A stretch of DNA of 63,920 nucleotides, the filler included, from Theionarchaea archaeon (lineage in GTDB: Archaea; Methanobacteriota_B; Thermococci; Methanofastidiosales; SZ-28-30), in assembly GCA_018992565.1 (NCBI GenBank). It is 5 parts of 5 records of this genome, joined end to end, with 100 filler letters (N's around TTAATTAATTAA, not from the genome) between each part and the next. Parts side by side here need not be neighbours in the genome. Positions count along the whole stretch, not along the records: positions 52,223 to 63,920 come from JACVGW010000081.1; 4 more parts are not named here. One strand, 5' to 3'. Below the pieces are notes generated by a model. It had not been told where the DNA came from. It did no database searches and saw nothing but the letters and a program-made list of their open reading frames with translations. This document shows, in pieces, positions 60,152 through 63,920 of the stretch (positions are counted from its first letter, which is position 1; each line of letters opens with the position of its first letter). The position numbers and the translations under genes are program-made.

Positions 60152-62066
60152 GTGCCAACTCCTTGAGATCTCTTGCCACATCGTTGAGACCGAGTTCCTT
60201 CAACTTCTTCTCGGTGGGGATGGCTGTTTCCAGGTCCCATCCTCTCAATGTGTAGTAGTTGTCCTTCATCTTCTCGAAGGTAGCTCTGTCTACTGTCTTG
60301 ATCTTTGCATTCTGGGATGTAGGAGTGGATTTATCAAAGAACCGCTCGGGAATGGAATCGTCCTTTCTGCGCAGTCCACACCGCACATTGTACGCCTGTT
60401 CCAGATTGTAGATTCTCTCTCCCACCAGCTTCAGATCTTCTGCTGAATATTCATGCCCGGTCAGGGCAGAAAACATCTCTGCCATTTCGTTGTGACCAGG
60501 GTATTCAAAAGACGTGGAACTGTCCTGGCCTGCACAGAATCCCAGTGAGTCAATTATACCTTTAGACTCCTGGTACCATTTCACAGTGTACTCCTTCCCC
60601 TCAGGTGTGGCTGCATCAACAGCTTTAGGATGCCCAAACAGCTTCTGTCCCAGGTTTTCATCCTTGATTGCTGCAAAGTCCCAGAACTCTATCCAGGGAG
60701 TCCCCTTGAGGTGGTCTGCCCCTCGTGAGGCCACAGCATGAGCCAGCATCAATCCCCATCCAATACGTGGATCCAGATGTAATCGAGCTCCTTTGATGGT
60801 CATAGCATACTTTTCAGCACCTTTCCCTATCTTCTTGGCAGCCAGGTTAGTACCTTCTGCCAGAACATCACCAATACCCTGTCGAAACACGATTTTGTGC
60901 AGAATAGCTAAGGTAGCTTCCTCATTTCCGAAGGTCAGTTCGACTCCGTCTGTATCCTTGTCTGTGATGAGACCATTCTCATAACATTCCATAGCAAAGG
61001 CAATCACATTTTGGGTCCCTGTGGTATCCAGCCCCCACTTGTTCACCTCATACACCCATGTGGCGAGAAATTCGGGGTTGTAGATACCCAGAGCCTTCAC
61101 ATCACCCGCAGGGGCATACTCTATCTTGCTAGCATGAATGTGTTTGCCATTGACTTTGACTTTGAAACTGTGGCCGCATCCTATAGGACAGTTGAAACAC
61201 CCTTCCCGATGCGTGTAGATGGTCTGCCTGATGTTCTCCGAATTGAAGGTCTGGAACCCCTCTTCAGGCATATCAGGGATACGGTAGTTCTCTACACCGT
61301 CTCCGCCCCGGTGGCGAAGAGATTCAATGTTGGACAATCGACCATACCTCTTGTAGAGGGGTGTCCGGGGTCCGTTGATCATCATCTGCCTGGCTTTCTT
61401 GCAGGCTGCTTCAAACCGTTTGGGCTGGGCAGCAGTCAATGAATGGGTGCCTCTCACTGTAATTGCTTTCAGGTTCTTGGAACCCATGAGAGCTCCTGTT
61501 CCTGCCCATCCTGCAGCTCTCCAGTAGTCCACCATGACACAGGAGGTCCGCACCAGGTTTTCCCCTGCAGGTCCAATAACCATGGTATGAACTTCCCTGT
61601 CTCCAATCTCTTCTTCAATCTCCCTGAAAGCTGTGAGTGTATCCAGTCCCCAGAGGGATGTAGCCTTCCGGAGTTCTACATGACCATCATCTATCCATAG
61701 ATATACCGGCTGTTCAGACTTGCCCTCAACTATGATGTGATCGTAGCCAGCATATTTCATTTCAGGCGTGAAGAACCCACCGAAGTTGCTGTCACAAAAA
61801 GCAAAGGTAAAAGGACCTTTGTGAGTAATGGTTCCCCTGCATGCTGTGGGAACTAAAGTGCCCACAAAAGGACCAGCACCTACAATCATTTTTGCCCGGG
61901 GATCCAAAGGGTCTAGGTTAGGAGGGACTTCATCATACAGGATTTTTGTGTTGATCCCTCTTCCACCGATAACAAGGGCTCTCAGTTCCTTGGGAGTTTC
62001 CTGCTCAGTGATTTTTCCTTTTGTAAGGTTGATTCTCAGTATCTTACCTGCCCATCCGTGCATCAT
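60144..62066 (-). CDS. Tungsten aldehyde:ferredoxin oxidoreductase family protein
   Basis: ILRINL, IGGRG, AGYD, IGPAGEN, MGSKNLKAI, CFNCPIGC, RGADH, DSLGFC, YYTLRGWD. Confidence 0.93.
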   Translation of the reverse strand: MMHGWAGKILRINLTKGKITEQETPKELRALVIGGRGINTKILYDEVPPNLDPLDPRAKMIVGAGPFVGTLVPTACRGTITHKGPFTFAFCDSNFGGFFTPEMKYAGYDHIIVEGKSEQPVYLWIDDGHVELRKATSLWGLDTLTAFREIEEEIGDREVHTMVIGPAGENLVRTSCVMVDYWRAAGWAGTGALMGSKNLKAITVRGTHSLTAAQPKRFEAACKKARQMMINGPRTPLYKRYGRLSNIESLRHRGGDGVENYRIPDMPEEGFQTFNSENIRQTIYTHREGCFNCPIGCGHSFKVKVNGKHIHASKIEYAPAGDVKALGIYNPEFLATWVYEVNKWGLDTTGTQNVIAFAMECYENGLITDKDTDGVELTFGNEEATLAILHKIVFRQGIGDVLAEGTNLAAKKIGKGAEKYAMTIKGARLHLDPRIGWGLMLAHAVASRGADHLKGTPWIEFWDFAAIKDENLGQKLFGHPKAVDAATPEGKEYTVKWYQESKGIIDSLGFCAGQDSSTSFEYPGHNEMAEMFSALTGHEYSAEDLKLVGERIYNLEQAYNVRCGLRRKDDSIPERFFDKSTPTSQNAKIKTVDRATFEKMKDNYYTLRGWDLETAIPTEKKLKELGLNDVARDLKELAHE

Positions 62067-62596
62067 ACCACCTTCTTCCATTCGGTATAGGTTTCTCCTG
62101 AAAAATCAGGTCCGGAGTCTTCATCCTGAGACTGCATAATCTTCTGAAGCATCTCAGCTATGTGCCAGTTCTTGTCCCTGTTCTCACGGGCCTCTTCCAC
62201 AAAAGTAAGTGCATCTTCTTCGCACGCTTCCACGCACTGTGGGGTACCATCACAGAGGTTACATTTGAAAGAATGGCCCATGTCCTGGTAAACATCGATT
62301 GCTCCAAAGGGACAGGCCAGAACGCACTGCCTGCATCCAATACACTTGTTCTCATGGACTATCACGGCATGAGTTTCTGGATCTTCAGCCAGAGCCCCAG
62401 TGGGACAGGCTGCCTTACAGGGGGCATCTCTGCACTGCTGACAGATCAGGGGTAAATTGACGCCCCTGATCCTGTCTGAAATAATATGAATCCGAGCCCT
62501 GGATGGATTGCATTCACCCAGGTTATGGAAAGAACAGGCAATTTCACAGCTTCGACATCCTGTGCATCGCGAAGGGTTCACTTTGATTATTTTCAT
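62063..62596 (-). CDS. 4Fe-4S dicluster (DmsB/HycB-like) subunit
   Basis: CTGCRSCEIAC, CQQCRDAPCKAACP, CIGCRQCVLACP, CNLC..CVEAC. Confidence 0.93.
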   Translation of the reverse strand: MKIIKVNPSRCTGCRSCEIACSFHNLGECNPSRARIHIISDRIRGVNLPLICQQCRDAPCKAACPTGALAEDPETHAVIVHENKCIGCRQCVLACPFGAIDVYQDMGHSFKCNLCDGTPQCVEACEEDALTFVEEARENRDKNWHIAEMLQKIMQSQDEDSGPDFSGETYTEWKKVV

Positions 62597-62626
62597 AGTC
62601 CGTCTCCTCTTCAGGCCGTGCTCTGA

Positions 62627-63790
62627 CTACATGGTGCGAGAGGTTTCTATGGTCTCTTCAATACAGATGTCTCTCTTTGCAAGTTCCTGAGCAAACAAGG
62701 GGAACAACTCAGGAGTAATGGCAAGTTCAGGGAAGAGCACGCCCTTTTCAGTAATTTCCTTCCTGGCAATCATCTGAGCCACAATGGAGGCAGGGTATCC
62801 GGTTGTCCGCGCGACTGAAGTCACTTTTTGCTTTTCATCGTACCAGTCAATGACATCGTATGTGAGCTGAGTTTTCATCCCATCTTTCTCTCCAATTACT
62901 GTCACCCTGATGACAGTGACATCTTTCTCATCTCTTCCAAGTTCCATTATAGGGGACAGCAGAGAGCTCAAGAGTTTTCTGGGTGCCACTTTCTGGTCTC
63001 CAACAGCAATAGGTTCTCCGCTCAAAAGATTGCACTCTATGAATGTCTTGATCTTGTCATAGTGACCCGGCCAACGGGGACACTTGCATTCCATTTCTTT
63101 GACTCCCTTAATGGTGTAGGGCATGGAAGCCAGCGTGGGGGTTACAGCACATTCCAGGGGGCCAATGCCTGGAAAATCCACTGTCTCTGCCTCAGAGAGT
63201 GTCTTGAGTTCGACTCTCTTTCCGTTTCTTATTGCAAGAGAGGGTTCGATATATTCCATCCACAAGCTTTCCAGCCTGAACAGAATCTTGTGCTGAAGAG
63301 GCGGGAAAGGCTGTTGCGGAATTCCACCTGCAATGATGTGTACCTCATCTGCTCGATCCAGCTGGCTCACTCCATATCCTGTCAGGACATTGGTAATGCC
63401 AGGATCCATACCACATGCAGGAACCACACACACACCGGCTTTCCGTGCCTTATCATCAAGCTCTAGCTGGGGGGGCTCAAAAGCAAGATCTACAACATCT
63501 TTGCCTGCTTCTATACAGGTTTCAATACTGGGAACACTGAACTCATGAGGCAGAGAGTTGATCACGACATCGAATCCTTCTTTCTTCATGTACGTGATAA
63601 GACCATCGCGATTCCGAACATCTACTGTCTCCAATCGCAGTTTGTCACTCTTGGCTTCTTTCTTGAGGGCTTCCATCTTGTCTTTGACAATATCTCCCAC
63701 TACCAGCTCTTTTACATCTTTACTTCTGACCAAATCCTTGGCAATGGCTGGACCCATGAGGCCAGCCCCGCCAAGCAACAATATTTTCAT
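62627..63790 (-). CDS. Saccharopine dehydrogenase / lysine 6-dehydrogenase family protein
   Basis: LLGGAGLMG, CGMDPGITN, GGIPQ..PPL, RWPGH, ARTTGYPA. Confidence 0.88.
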   Translation of the reverse strand: MKILLLGGAGLMGPAIAKDLVRSKDVKELVVGDIVKDKMEALKKEAKSDKLRLETVDVRNRDGLITYMKKEGFDVVINSLPHEFSVPSIETCIEAGKDVVDLAFEPPQLELDDKARKAGVCVVPACGMDPGITNVLTGYGVSQLDRADEVHIIAGGIPQQPFPPLQHKILFRLESLWMEYIEPSLAIRNGKRVELKTLSEAETVDFPGIGPLECAVTPTLASMPYTIKGVKEMECKCPRWPGHYDKIKTFIECNLLSGEPIAVGDQKVAPRKLLSSLLSPIMELGRDEKDVTVIRVTVIGEKDGMKTQLTYDVIDWYDEKQKVTSVARTTGYPASIVAQMIARKEITEKGVLFPELAITPELFPLFAQELAKRDICIEETIETSRTM

Positions 63791-63807
63791 GTTAATCGCC
63801 TCAGGCT

Positions 63808-63920
63808 TCACTTACCGTGGAGGTTGTTGACAACCCACGCAAAATTCTCGCCGAAGTGCTTGATAGTCACTGCTCCTTCCACATCTGTTTCCAGCATGGT
63901 GGTGGTGTGCGTGCTACCAG
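63808..63920 (-). CDS. 3' end of an Isf-like gene matching the one at 52223 (ends ...FAWVVNNLHGK*)
   Basis: 63822-63920 is identical to 52223-52321. Confidence 0.85.
   Translation of the reverse strand, partial: GSTHTTTMLETDVEGAVTIKHFGENFAWVVNNLHGK

Overview
Archaeal DNA, shown by radA, RPA, an archaeal RNase P RNA, AfpA, DUF835/DUF63/DUF356, GGAGGTGA/GGTGA Shine-Dalgarno sites and BRE-TATA promoters. The gene mix suggests a Thermococci-related sediment MAG such as Theionarchaea (inference). The window is not one locus. It is five scaffolds joined by artificial N44-TTAATTAATTAA-N44 linkers (13251-13350, 26533-26632, 39377-39476, 52123-52222), with five internal 100-N gaps. The best candidate for a new system is an archaeal RiPP-like cluster: an unannotated 50-aa Cys-rich precursor ORF (9269-9421) followed by two tandem paralogous radical SAM/SPASM maturases with RRE-like N-termini (9585-12379). 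Other highlights: a 29-aa Gly/Pro-tailed peptide convergent on an Lrp-like regulator; an operon of paralogous small coiled-coil proteins with a Zn-finger; a membrane protein with a SNAP-like TPR tail; the RNase P RNA (44507-44810); and an amine/amino-acid catabolic cluster (Pot-like ABC, lysine/saccharopine dehydrogenase, tungsten AOR, MoaD, Isf) whose two promoters share a palindromic operator-like motif.
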